Assembly: GCA_001800605.1 (NCBI GenBank)
Contig: MGVS01000097.1
Location: 12,694-76,693 of the forward strand
DNA length: 64,000 nucleotides
From: Elusimicrobia bacterium RIFOXYD2_FULL_34_15
Lineage (GTDB): Bacteria; Elusimicrobiota; UBA8919
Reading direction: 5' to 3'
The first letter of the stretch is position 1. Every line of letters starts with the position of its first letter. Shown piece by piece: positions 29,608-39,271 of this stretch. The position numbers were made by a program, and so were the translations under genes. The notes below the pieces were generated by a model. That model was not told the origin of the DNA, ran no database searches, and worked only from the letters and a program-made list of their open reading frames with translations.

Positions 29608-30825
29608 CTATTTTAACAATTCGTTCAAATCTATATTTTTTAAACCGATATATTTATCAAAATCTGCATCAGTATCCTGGTGTGATCCTCTTATTTTATT
29701 TGCCTCATTCATATTCATTAAAAATACATCCAAAATATCGGGATCAAAATGCTTTCCTCTGCTTTCTTCCAGTATACTAATCACTTTCTCTTCAGGAAAA
29801 GGTTCCTTGTAACACCTTTTAGAGGAAAGTGCATCAAAAACATCCACAATCGCTACAATTCTACCTTCTATAGGAATTGCTTTGCTTTTCAAACCCTGCG
29901 GATAACCTGTCCCGTCAAATTTCTCATGATGCGTTAATGCAACAATTCTTGACTTTTTCAGAACCTCAGCATCAGAATCTTTTAATACAACCGCTCCTAT
30001 AACACAATGCTGTTCCATTACTTTCCTTTCTTCCGGCGTAAGTATCCCGGGTTTCTGCAATATGCTATCCGGAATACCCAACTTGCCTATATCGTGCATA
30101 GGAACTGCCCAAAAAAGAAGCTCAGCTTCTTCTTTTGAATAGCCTAGTTTCTGAGCAATAAGTTTTGCATAATGACTTACCCTCTTAATATGATTTGCAG
30201 TTTCTTTATCCCTGAACTCAGCCGCAGCGCTTAACTTAAAAATAGTATCCAAATGTGCATTTTTTAAATCATCAGTAAGTTCTGCATTCTGAATTGATAC
30301 CGCTGCCTGCGAAGAAAAAGAAGAAGTAATCTTCTGATGTGCTTCGGTAAAGGGCACAACACTATCGCCAGAAGTGGAATTTATTAATTGAAGTACACCT
30401 ATAATTTTTCTATCACGATTTAACATCGGAAGGACAAGCATGGAAACGGTTTCATAACCGTATTTTTTATCAATTGCCGAATTATAATGAAATTCTGAAT
30501 CAGAAGGTAAATTTCCAACATCAGGGATGTTTAATGCTTTTGCGGTAAGAGCAACATATCCTGCAATACTGTCTTTTGTTATCGGCATTTCAAAACTTCT
30601 GAAAATCTCCCGGGTTTTTGCTTCACCCCATCTTTTAAAATAGGTATTCGAACGGCTTGTCTTAAAAACAAGTTTATCTCCATTAACAAGGTATATTGAA
30701 CCGCTATCAGCATTAGTTAATAGCTGTGCTTCACAAAGAATCTTATCTAAAAGTTCGTCTAATTCCCGGACACCAGAAAGTGCGATTCCAATATCCAACA
30801 ATTTTTCGAAATCTTGTGTTAACAT
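29608..30825 (-). CDS. GAF-domain / HD-GYP cyclic-di-GMP phosphodiesterase-like protein
   Basis: 405 aa. HD motif ...HDIGK... and HHEKFDGTGYP, which is the GYP signature. Confidence 0.85.
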   Translation of the reverse strand: MLTQDFEKLLDIGIALSGVRELDELLDKILCEAQLLTNADSGSIYLVNGDKLVFKTSRSNTYFKRWGEAKTREIFRSFEMPITKDSIAGYVALTAKALNIPDVGNLPSDSEFHYNSAIDKKYGYETVSMLVLPMLNRDRKIIGVLQLINSTSGDSVVPFTEAHQKITSSFSSQAAVSIQNAELTDDLKNAHLDTIFKLSAAAEFRDKETANHIKRVSHYAKLIAQKLGYSKEEAELLFWAVPMHDIGKLGIPDSILQKPGILTPEERKVMEQHCVIGAVVLKDSDAEVLKKSRIVALTHHEKFDGTGYPQGLKSKAIPIEGRIVAIVDVFDALSSKRCYKEPFPEEKVISILEESRGKHFDPDILDVFLMNMNEANKIRGSHQDTDADFDKYIGLKNIDLNELLK

Positions 30826-30950
30826 ATTTTATTTATTATATCATTTTTATATTATTTGTCAAAACAAAAAAGCACCTTTTTATAGGTACTTTTTTATTTG
30901 TGAATTATTAAAAGGCCTGCTCACTGTAGCTTTAGCATAGGCGAACATGC

Positions 30951-30990
30951 TGTATTCTGTGTACTGTGTTCTGTTTTTTAACTGTATCCT
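30951..30990. repeat. Tandem heptamer-type repeats (CTGTATT/CTGTGTA/CTGTGTT)
   Basis: Same family as 53729-53765, 54799-54842 and 58478-58507. Confidence 0.6.
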
Positions 30991-31000
30991 GCTTTTAACA

Positions 31001-32884
31001 TCAATCCCAAAGATACAGATTTATGCCGCCGATAAATGTTCTGCCCGGCAACGGAAAATTTTCTCTTGATACATATCTTTTATTTAAGATGTTTTCAACA
31101 GAAAAAAACAATTCCGACTGTAATACCGGCCTGCTTATTCTGAAATTTAAAAGTGTATATCCAGGCAATTCATGCTTTACAAAATCTTCCCATTTCTGTT
31201 TATGTGTATATTCAACCCCTAATTTTGTTTTCAGCTTTAAGGGTGCCAAATAATTTAATGTATAATTTATTCGATGTCTTGGAGTGTATTGTAAGATTTT
31301 ATATTTACCGGAACTCTTCCCCATACTTTCCAAATAATTATAATTTAAGTTATATTTCAAATTTTTTGTAACTTCATTTTCTAATTCAAATTCAATTCCT
31401 CTTGAAAATGCCTTACCCACATTTACAGGTCTCCATGTATCAATGGTTGGATCAGCCGAAATATTTTGCCATTCAATCAAATCCTTAATATCGTTATAAA
31501 AAAATGTTATTTTCGGGACAAAAACATCACTCAATTTGTATTCTGCTCCGACATCAATACCTATAGATTTTTCCGGTTTTAAATCCTCATTTCCCATGGT
31601 ATTCCCTTCATTTCCGAAAATAGTTGCAGGCCAAGAAGCAAATGGCGAAAACAAATCTTCAAAAGTTGGTGCTCTGAACGCTGTACCAATATTAGAGGAT
31701 AATTTTAATTTCTTTGTTAAATTATAAACAGCTAAAATTCTTGGATTTGTTGAACCCTTATATGATGAATTATAATCATATCTTATTCCTGGTGTAAGTG
31801 ACAATTCTTTAATATCAAAAGTCTTTTGAATAAACATTGCAGAATTATCCCGGGTTTTATTAACTGTTTCCTCTTTATTATCCGTTCTCTTAAAATTTTC
31901 ATTTCTAAAATCAACCCCGGCCACAATATCAGAAAATTCTATTTGCGAGTTAAATCCAGTATTTTCGGGTCTGGACGTAGAGTTTGTAAAAGCATCCGGA
32001 TCTTTATAGTTCTTTTTTTGATAATCCCAATAAATATTTGTTTTTAGTTGCTTATCTTTTAATAATATTCTGTGTTCTAACTGAGCATAATATTTGTTGT
32101 CACTTTGTTTAGCGTTAGGTGTTGATGCAGCTCTTTCCAAATGTTTATCATACTGGCTTATAGGGGTGGAATTTGTACCCGGCACTCCGAGCTTGGAATC
32201 AAAAACACCATTACTCAAGAACAAATCTCCATATTTTTCAAAATCATAACCGATTTTAGAAGTTAGATCTGTTAAAGCATAATTCGAATTTTCCCTGAAA
32301 CCGGTAGCTAAGCTCCTGTTACCTGATAAAAATATATTTACCTTTCCCGGTGTTGCAGACATAGTAAAATCATAAATTCTCGTATGATAATTTTCTATCC
32401 TTGCACCAATTTCCGTTTTAGGTTCTGAAACAGCAGATTTTCGTGTAATTATATTTACTACACCGCCAAGTGCATTTGCGCCATAAAGTGCTGAGGATGG
32501 ACCCCTTAATACCTCAATTTTTTCAATATTTTCAGTCGGTATCTGGGAAAGGTCAGCAAGACCAAGTGAATTATCATTTACAGGACGCCCATCAACCATA
32601 ACCAGCGTTTGTTTTGAAGAATCCCCGCCGCCTCTTATCCGTATACTTGACTCGGAACCAACTGACCCTCTTTTCGAAACTTCTGTTATTCCGCTTTTAT
32701 TTTCTAGAATTTCCCCAACACTCTTGCTATCGGCATTTTTTATTTCGTCTTCTGTAACAACATCTATGTTCGTTGCCGATTTTTCTATCGGCACCTCCTT
32801 TTTTAAACCAATATATATTGTGGTTTCCTCAGCAAAAAGTATTCCCATCCCGCAAAACAACAAAGTTAAAAAAAATTTTTTCAT
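31001..32884 (-). CDS. btuB: TonB-dependent outer membrane receptor (BtuB-like corrinoid receptor)
   Basis: 627 aa. Signal peptide, plug domain and a 22-strand barrel. Sits downstream of a cobalamin riboswitch next to cob genes. Confidence 0.8.
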   Translation of the reverse strand: MKKFFLTLLFCGMGILFAEETTIYIGLKKEVPIEKSATNIDVVTEDEIKNADSKSVGEILENKSGITEVSKRGSVGSESSIRIRGGGDSSKQTLVMVDGRPVNDNSLGLADLSQIPTENIEKIEVLRGPSSALYGANALGGVVNIITRKSAVSEPKTEIGARIENYHTRIYDFTMSATPGKVNIFLSGNRSLATGFRENSNYALTDLTSKIGYDFEKYGDLFLSNGVFDSKLGVPGTNSTPISQYDKHLERAASTPNAKQSDNKYYAQLEHRILLKDKQLKTNIYWDYQKKNYKDPDAFTNSTSRPENTGFNSQIEFSDIVAGVDFRNENFKRTDNKEETVNKTRDNSAMFIQKTFDIKELSLTPGIRYDYNSSYKGSTNPRILAVYNLTKKLKLSSNIGTAFRAPTFEDLFSPFASWPATIFGNEGNTMGNEDLKPEKSIGIDVGAEYKLSDVFVPKITFFYNDIKDLIEWQNISADPTIDTWRPVNVGKAFSRGIEFELENEVTKNLKYNLNYNYLESMGKSSGKYKILQYTPRHRINYTLNYLAPLKLKTKLGVEYTHKQKWEDFVKHELPGYTLLNFRISRPVLQSELFFSVENILNKRYVSRENFPLPGRTFIGGINLYLWD

Positions 32885-32891
32885 TTTTTCT

Positions 32892-33048
32892 CCCGTAGGC
32901 CCTGCCTACCGTCAGGCAGGCTCGCCATAGCTTCACTTTATGAAGCGAAGGCGGGCATTATCAAAAATTTGTTCCATTGTTTCATTATTCTATTGTTCTG
33001 AAAGTAGCCGCAGAGCCTGACTGCCGACAGGCAGGCGATAGCTCTGCT
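32892..33048. repeat. GC-rich palindromic elements (cctgcctaccgtcaggcagg family) inside the btuB leader
   Basis: CCTGCC-N8-GGCAGG inverted repeats at 32901-32920 and 33018-33040. Related to 38225-38242, 42683-42700, 48088-48108 and 49642-49662. Confidence 0.65.
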
Positions 33049-33174
33049 AACATTTGGCAAAGCTTACGCTTTGCTGCTACATATTTCAGAACTCCCTCAT
33101 TTCTATGAACTACGAACTCTTTATTTGCATTTTCCACCTCCCTCTCTCTCGAAGAGACCCGTTTATACGGGACT

Positions 33175-33345
33175 AATAACAAATAGGTTTCCTGACTTAG
33201 GTTTTTTGGAATTTCACCTTCCCAGTTCGCCATAGCGACCAGTGGCATTTAAAATTCCCTGCTCCAAATCATTGGAGCATCACCATTACAGTAGCGGGAC
33301 TGTTCCCGAATTTTATCCTTAGACTCCGCTCAGGATAAGCACGGG
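33175..33345 (-). promoter_or_regulatory. Cobalamin (AdoCbl) riboswitch aptamer
   Basis: Minus strand reads ...AAttcGGGAAcaGTCCCGCtACTGTaAtgg...GCCACTGGtcgctatggcgaaCTGGGAAGGTGAAATTCC...AAGTCAGGAaACCTatt. These are the conserved cobalamin-riboswitch core blocks (the CCCGC.ACTGT block, GCCACTG, GGGAAGG, and a B12 box at 33183-33198). Confidence 0.72.
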
Positions 33346-33370
33346 ATTCTCTATTTTGTTAATTTTTATA

Positions 33371-34096
33371 TCACTTTATATTTAACAATATTAACACTAA
33401 CACTTCTGAAATTTCGTTTATCGCACCTAAAGTATCACCGGTAATACCGTTTATTTTCTTTTTAACATATTTTGTAAATATATATGAGAATACTGAAATA
33501 AACAGAAATATTATAATACCTTTAAATTGAAAAACAAAGGTAGTTATTAAAAATGTAATTATTCCTGATATAACAAAATCTTTTTTTGAAATATTACTTA
33601 AAAAGTAATTTCCCAAACCGGTTTCCTTTGCCGGTTTTGATATTCCCATTGATAAAACCATAGCCCATCTTCCAAGAACCGGAAACAAAATTAAAGATGA
33701 ATTGAACAAAGCAGTATCAATATTATTTAATAAAACAAATTTTGAAAGTATTACCAATGCAATACCAATAACTCCCATAGTACCGATATGACTATCATTC
33801 ATAACTTCTAGTATTTCATCTTTATTTTTTCCGGCATATAAACCGTCAAGCGAATCTGCTAGTCCGTCTAAATGCAAACCACCGTTAATTATTATTGTTA
33901 CGGTAATAATCAATAAATCAACTACTATTTTATAAAACACAAATGAGCAACCAAATTTAATTAGAACAAGAATTCCGCCGATAAAAAGTCCGACAACCGG
34001 GAAAAAAGGCAATATATGTTTTATCCCCTGCCTGTATTTTTTTGGCACAGGTATTATTGTCAGAAAACTAATAGCTGAAAATAAATAATTAATCAT
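33371..34096 (-). CDS. cobS: Adenosylcobinamide-GDP ribazoletransferase (cobalamin synthase)
   Basis: 241 aa polytopic membrane protein. Begins MINYLFSAISFLTIIPVP with the conserved DGLAD...GDxxG motif. Confidence 0.88.
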   Translation of the reverse strand: MINYLFSAISFLTIIPVPKKYRQGIKHILPFFPVVGLFIGGILVLIKFGCSFVFYKIVVDLLIITVTIIINGGLHLDGLADSLDGLYAGKNKDEILEVMNDSHIGTMGVIGIALVILSKFVLLNNIDTALFNSSLILFPVLGRWAMVLSMGISKPAKETGLGNYFLSNISKKDFVISGIITFLITTFVFQFKGIIIFLFISVFSYIFTKYVKKKINGITGDTLGAINEISEVLVLILLNIK

Positions 34097-34139
34097 AAAT
34101 TTGCTTACCTTTTACCCGTTACCCATTACTCGTTACCCG

Positions 34140-35207
34140 TTACTGTTTTGTACTTACTCCTGCACTCTCAAATGTCGCCATCTCATCTAAAATTTTAAGC
34201 GAAACATCTATTAAATTCATTGCTAATGCTGAACCCGTTCCTTCACCTAACCGCATACCTAAATTTAAAAGCGGTTTTAAATTTAAATATTCAAGCATAA
34301 TTCTATGCCCTGGCTCTTTTGAACTATGCGCTGCAATCCAATACTGTTTAGCTAATGGTGAAATTTTGTCAGCTATCAAAGCGGCTGCTCCGGATATAAA
34401 GCCATCGATAACAACAGGTATTTTGTAGCTTGCACCTGCAATCATTATACCTGCTAAACCGCCGATTTCATATCCGCCTATCTTTGATAAAATATCGATT
34501 CCGTCATTAAAATCCGGTTTATTTTTTTCTATACCTCTTTTTATAACATCAATTTTATTTTGTAATGCTTTATCATCAATACCTGTTCCCCTGCCGGTTA
34601 CTTTTTCAGGTTCAATATTACAAATCACCGATGCTATGGCTGCAGATGGCGTTGTATTTCCTATGCCCATATCACCCGTTCCAATCAAATCTATTCCGCC
34701 ATTTTTAACTTCTTCTTCAACAAGTTCAATACCTATCTCAATTGACTTAATCGCTTCTTCTCTTGTCATTGCAGGTCCTTTAGTAAAATTCTTCGTCCCA
34801 AAACCAATTTTTTTAACTTTTAACTTTTCACTTTTAACTTGCAGTTCTTCTCCTACTCCCATATCCACAACAACTACTTTTGCTCCAACATGCCTTGCAA
34901 GAACATTTACTCCAGCACCGCCGTTTATAAAATTGTAAACCATCTGGGGTGTTACTTCTTTTGGATATGCGGAAACCCCTTCCTCAACAACGCCGTGGTC
35001 CCCTGCAAGCGTAAAAATAGTTTTATTTTTCAATGAGGGCTTATCTTTTCCTATAATTGCAACTATTTGTTTTGCAACATCTTCGAGTTGTCCCAAAGAA
35101 CCAAGCGGTTTAGTTAAACTATCAAGCCGTTTTTGAGTTTTATCTAAAAGTACTTTATCTAGCGGTTTAGTATTCCTAATAATTTCTTCTATTTTCTTAC
35201 TTGTCAT
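34140..35207 (-). CDS. cobT: Nicotinate-nucleotide--dimethylbenzimidazole phosphoribosyltransferase
   Basis: 355 aa. CobT fold with GEGTG and GGAA motifs. Confidence 0.88.
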   Translation of the reverse strand: MTSKKIEEIIRNTKPLDKVLLDKTQKRLDSLTKPLGSLGQLEDVAKQIVAIIGKDKPSLKNKTIFTLAGDHGVVEEGVSAYPKEVTPQMVYNFINGGAGVNVLARHVGAKVVVVDMGVGEELQVKSEKLKVKKIGFGTKNFTKGPAMTREEAIKSIEIGIELVEEEVKNGGIDLIGTGDMGIGNTTPSAAIASVICNIEPEKVTGRGTGIDDKALQNKIDVIKRGIEKNKPDFNDGIDILSKIGGYEIGGLAGIMIAGASYKIPVVIDGFISGAAALIADKISPLAKQYWIAAHSSKEPGHRIMLEYLNLKPLLNLGMRLGEGTGSALAMNLIDVSLKILDEMATFESAGVSTKQ

Positions 35208-35881
35208 TTTTCCTCCATATAATATTCTTTTAAGTCAAGAAACCAATGTTTCCAAAAACCGTCTTTAAATATTTTTTCTGTCTTAGTGATTTTAATTTTC
35301 TTTTTAAAAATTGGTCCGTCATAAACAAAAGTATGAAATTCCCCGTTTTCACCGCAGGGACAAATTTTCTTTTCAATTAAAAACCTTACTGCGTCTTTAT
35401 CAAATTCCCTGCCAATAAAAGTGTCATCAAATAAATCCGCTTTTGCACTTACGATAATTGCTTTAAATCCCAAATCGATAAATTCATTTGCAATATTTTC
35501 AGGTTTTAAATTCCATAGTGGTTCCAAAGGTTTTATTCCTATTTCACCGCATACCCTATCGACCCAATTAGTATGTTCCAATAAATATATATCACCAAAA
35601 ACTATACCATTAATATCTTCTTTTTTCAGGTTCAGGACAGCAGATTTAAATTCTTTTTCGTATTCTGCCATATCTGCACTTACTTCATTTTGACAAATAG
35701 GAATCCCTATCGCATCCGACTGAGCTTTCATTAGTTTTGAATCTATTCCGTGAAAACATCCTCTTTTTGTCTCTTCCGAAATAAAGTTTAATAAGCATGA
35801 TATTTCATGACTTTGTTGCATAGCCTTAAAACATGCAAGACATGAATCTTTTCCACCTGACCAGGACGAAATAATTTTCAT
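35204..35881 (-). CDS. PP-loop ATP pyrophosphatase of the Dph6 / MJ0570 (ATP_bind_4) family embedded in the corrinoid operon
   Basis: 225 aa. SWSGGKDS PP-loop at the N-terminus. 4-nt overlaps with both cobT and cobU. Confidence 0.75.
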   Translation of the reverse strand: MKIISSWSGGKDSCLACFKAMQQSHEISCLLNFISEETKRGCFHGIDSKLMKAQSDAIGIPICQNEVSADMAEYEKEFKSAVLNLKKEDINGIVFGDIYLLEHTNWVDRVCGEIGIKPLEPLWNLKPENIANEFIDLGFKAIIVSAKADLFDDTFIGREFDKDAVRFLIEKKICPCGENGEFHTFVYDGPIFKKKIKITKTEKIFKDGFWKHWFLDLKEYYMEEK

Positions 35882-36402
35882 TTTAGTCTCCTTTTTATAC
35901 CTGAAATAAAAAAGTAAAATTCGTTTGAATCCTTAGCAAGTATCTGATTTACCCTGCCGATTATATCCCTGAAATCTCTTCCCAATTTATATGGCGGCAC
36001 AACCCCCATCCCCACTTCATTTGAAACTAAAATAACTTTTCCTTTAATTTTCCGCAGTTTTTTAATTAGATTTTTAATATTTTCTATTATCTTATCTTCA
36101 GTATATTTCTTAAACATCCAATTTGAAACTAAGAAAGTTACACAATCAACAATAACACAATCCGCTTTTTCAAACGATTTTAAATGTTTTATAATATCCT
36201 CTGTCTCTTCAATCGTTTTCCAATGTTTTGGCCTTGATTCTTTATGAACTAAAATTCTCTTATTCATTTCTCTATCCGTTATCTTACCGGCAGTTGCAAT
36301 AAAAACAACTTCTTTGCATTTTTCGGCAAGTTCCAAAGCAAAAGTACTCTTCCCTGACCTCACCCCGCCCGATATAAATATAATTTTTCCCATTTTACCC
36401 AT
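35878..36402 (-). CDS. cobU: Adenosylcobinamide kinase / adenosylcobinamide-phosphate guanylyltransferase
   Basis: About 171 aa. P-loop GGVRSGKS. The first ATG overlaps the repeat, so the likely start is the second Met at 36393. Confidence 0.85.
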   Translation of the reverse strand: MGKMGKIIFISGGVRSGKSTFALELAEKCKEVVFIATAGKITDREMNKRILVHKESRPKHWKTIEETEDIIKHLKSFEKADCVIVDCVTFLVSNWMFKKYTEDKIIENIKNLIKKLRKIKGKVILVSNEVGMGVVPPYKLGRDFRDIIGRVNQILAKDSNEFYFFISGIKRRLK

Positions 36403-36440
36403 TACCCAGCCTGTCCCGATGCATCGGGATTACCCGTTAC
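36385..36440. repeat. RPE-like palindromic element, second copy (ttacccattACCCAGCCTGTCCCGAtgcaTCGGGATTACcCGTTAC)
   Basis: See 22150-22215 and 49218-49274. Confidence 0.8.
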
Positions 36441-37224
36441 TTGTTTTATCCCATTGCGGCACCGATAAAATATGCGGTTTACCCGAAACAGGGTTTTTAT
36501 TTACAACAACAACCGTTTTATAAACATATTCTATATTCTGATAAGTCATAACCTCTTCAGGATTGCCCTCTTTATAAATAGCACCGTTTCTCAAAAGTAA
36601 AATCCTGTCGCAATATTCGCTGGCAAGATTCAAATCATGCATAACTATAATAACAGTAACTTTTTTTTCTATATTTAACCTTTTAATAATATCCAAAATT
36701 TCTATCTGATGGCTTATATCCAAATGTGAAGTCGGTTCATCAAGCAATATAAACTTTGATTGCTGGCAAAGTGCACGCGCAATTACAACCCTCTGTTTTT
36801 CTCCGGAAGAAAGTTCATTTATATATCTTTCGGAAAGTCCTTCAATTTCCAGAAGCTTCAAACTTTCTTCAGCAATTTTAAAACCCTCTTCTTCTTCACT
36901 TAAAAATTGCTTCTGGTACGGATATCTTCCCATCAGAACAATTTCTTTTACAGTAAACGCAAATGTCGTATCAACCTCTTCCGGAACAAAAGAAATATTT
37001 CTAGCCCTTTCTTTGGGTTTCATTTTATAAATATCTTTTTCATCCAGTAAAACTTCACCATTTTGAGGATGATAAAATCCGGAAATTGCTCTTAATAACG
37101 TTGATTTTCCGCTTCCGTTCGGACCTATAATACCAACAAATTCATAGTCGGAAACAGTTAAATTTACATCATTAACAGCAACAAAATTATCGTATTTAAC
37201 TACCAAATCATTAACTTTTAACAT
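36430..37224 (-). CDS. btuD: ABC transporter ATP-binding protein, FecE/BtuD type
   Basis: 264 aa. Walker A GPNGSGKST and LSSGEKQRV signature. The C-terminus reads into the repeat element. Confidence 0.85.
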   Translation of the reverse strand: MLKVNDLVVKYDNFVAVNDVNLTVSDYEFVGIIGPNGSGKSTLLRAISGFYHPQNGEVLLDEKDIYKMKPKERARNISFVPEEVDTTFAFTVKEIVLMGRYPYQKQFLSEEEEGFKIAEESLKLLEIEGLSERYINELSSGEKQRVVIARALCQQSKFILLDEPTSHLDISHQIEILDIIKRLNIEKKVTVIIVMHDLNLASEYCDRILLLRNGAIYKEGNPEEVMTYQNIEYVYKTVVVVNKNPVSGKPHILSVPQWDKTSNG

Positions 37225-38215
37225 TTTTTTTCAATAATAAATAAATAAAAAACGGGACTCCGGTTAGAGCTGTTACGACGCCAACAGGCACTTCAAAAGG
37301 CGAAAAAAGAGTTCTCGATACCGTATCAGCTGTAACTAAAAAACAGCTCCCTAACAAAAAAGATACAACAAGAAATCTTTTATAATTTGCTCCGACAAAT
37401 ACTCTTGCTATATGAGGAATAATCAAGCCCATAAAACCAATAACACCGCTTACTGCGACAATGCTTCCTATTATTATCGAAGAAATAAAAAAAAGAATCC
37501 ATTTTATCTTTTCTACATTTACACCCAGATGATATGCCGTCTCTTCTCCTTGTGAAATGATATTTAATTCGTCTGAATAAAGAAAACTCAAAACAAATCC
37601 GATTAAAACTAAAATCCCTGAAACAATAATAAGTTTTATATTGTTTTCCTGTAAAGAACCCATCAAAAAAAATATTATGTCCTGTGAATCCTGGTAAAAA
37701 ATAGACATCAACAAAAGTACAATCGCATTTGTAAATATATTAACAATAACTCCGGAAAGTATCAAAACCTCTACTTTTGTCTGGCCATGGACTTTTCCGA
37801 TTGAGTATGCAACAATCGTTGATATCGCACTACCGATAATTGCAAGAGGATATATCGCCGAATACGGTAATTTTAAAACAATACCTGTTGCAACACCGAC
37901 TGCAGCACCGCCTGAAGCTCCGAGAATATACGGGTCAGCAAGCGGGTTTTTAGTAATACCCTGGAGTATAGCTCCTGACAAGGCCAGCCCGCAACCCACA
38001 ATCATCCCAAGTATAATTCTTGGCAACCTAATCTTGTAAATAATATCGTAATTTATACCATCAGTTGAACCGAAAAATAAGGAAACAAAAGATATTCCTA
38101 CAAGCAAAATAACTAAAACTAAAACAACTTTTATATATCTTTTATTTGCAACCATAAATTTATTTTTTAGCGTTGAAAAGTCATTACGCTCTTGATTACG
38201 GGGATTTAATGACAT
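37211..38215 (-). CDS. btuC: FecCD-family ABC permease (BtuC-like)
   Basis: 334 aa, about 9 TM helices. FecCD family. Confidence 0.85.
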   Translation of the reverse strand: MSLNPRNQERNDFSTLKNKFMVANKRYIKVVLVLVILLVGISFVSLFFGSTDGINYDIIYKIRLPRIILGMIVGCGLALSGAILQGITKNPLADPYILGASGGAAVGVATGIVLKLPYSAIYPLAIIGSAISTIVAYSIGKVHGQTKVEVLILSGVIVNIFTNAIVLLLMSIFYQDSQDIIFFLMGSLQENNIKLIIVSGILVLIGFVLSFLYSDELNIISQGEETAYHLGVNVEKIKWILFFISSIIIGSIVAVSGVIGFMGLIIPHIARVFVGANYKRFLVVSFLLGSCFLVTADTVSRTLFSPFEVPVGVVTALTGVPFFIYLLLKKNVKS

Positions 38216-38224
38216 GCCCTAACC

Positions 38225-38275
38225 TGCCTACCGTCAGGCAGGTCTGTGTAATCTCTTTTCTTAATCTGTGTAATC
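38225..38275. repeat. cctgcctaccgtcaggcagg hairpin followed by two copies of (A/G)TCTGTGTAATC, 22 bp apart, immediately upstream of btuC
   Basis: 12-mers at 38242-38253 and 38264-38275. Confidence 0.8.
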
Positions 38276-39095
38276 AGTGATTTTTGGATTTTTCAAAAAT
38301 CACTTTATACAAAATATCCATACCTTCAATAATTCGCGGTCCGGGCCTTAAAAATATATCAGGATTGATATTTGCAATTATTCTATTATTTTTTACAGCA
38401 TCAACCGATTCCCATCCCCGCCTTAAAACATTATCCTTATCCTGCATACTTAGAACAACAATCCATTCCGGGTTCTTATTAATTATTGATTCTGCGGTTA
38501 TCTGACAATACGGCAAGGGTAAATCTTTAAAAACATTCTCACAACCGACAATATCAAAAATATCATTTATAAAAGTATCTTTGTTCACTGTCATAAATGG
38601 TTTCGAATAAATCTCAATAAACACCCTTGGTTTCTTTTTGATTTTTTCTGTTTTACTTTTATAATAATTAATTTTACCTTTAATTTTATTAACTAATGAT
38701 TCAGCTTCTTTATTTCTTCCTGTAACATCTCCGATTTTTTTTATAGAAACTATAATCCCTTTAATCGTTTTTGGGTCAACACAAAATATATTAAGTCCTA
38801 GACCTTTCAGTTTTTGATTTAATTTATTTTGCTCCTGATCTGTTGTAAAAATAATATCCGGCTTTAGTGAAAATATCTTTTCAATATCCGGATTACTAAA
38901 TGAACCCACCTTTTCTTTGTTTTTTACTTCAGGCGGATAATTGCAATAAGTTGTAACCGCTACAATATTTTTATCCAGGCCTAATGCAAATAAAATCTCG
39001 GTTGTTGCAGGAGTAAGGGAAATTATTCTCATTTCTTTTTCCGCAAAAAGAAAATCCCCATATAAAAATAAACAAAGTATTATTAAATTCTTCAT
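38274..39095 (-). CDS. btuF: Periplasmic corrinoid/siderophore-type substrate-binding protein (BtuF-like)
   Basis: The class III SBP fold begins at MKNLIILCLFLYGDFLFA, a signal peptide. The track start at 39185 adds 30 residues that are repeat-derived, so the start is moved to 39095. Confidence 0.8.
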   Translation of the reverse strand: MKNLIILCLFLYGDFLFAEKEMRIISLTPATTEILFALGLDKNIVAVTTYCNYPPEVKNKEKVGSFSNPDIEKIFSLKPDIIFTTDQEQNKLNQKLKGLGLNIFCVDPKTIKGIIVSIKKIGDVTGRNKEAESLVNKIKGKINYYKSKTEKIKKKPRVFIEIYSKPFMTVNKDTFINDIFDIVGCENVFKDLPLPYCQITAESIINKNPEWIVVLSMQDKDNVLRRGWESVDAVKNNRIIANINPDIFLRPGPRIIEGMDILYKVIFEKSKNH

Positions 39096-39252
39096 ATTAA
39101 AAACGTAATGTTGAGTAAAGCAACTTAATTCGAGATTCTTCTCCAGATAAATCGGGATCAGAATGACGTCCAAACAAGATGTCATGCTGAGCTATAGTGA
39201 AGCATCTCGACTTATATTCATTATTATAAATATCAATTCTTCTACTTTTTAA

Positions 39253-39264
39253 ATCTGTGTAATC
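39253..39264. repeat. 12-mer ATCTGTGTAATC
   Basis: Exact match, between cobO and btuF. Confidence 0.8.
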
Positions 39265-39271
39265 GTAGTAA

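Noticed and set aside
32985-33248. 87-aa ORF upstream of btuB
   Set aside because: It overlaps the cobalamin riboswitch aptamer and the palindromic repeats. Its ATG is the conserved GCCACTG of the riboswitch.
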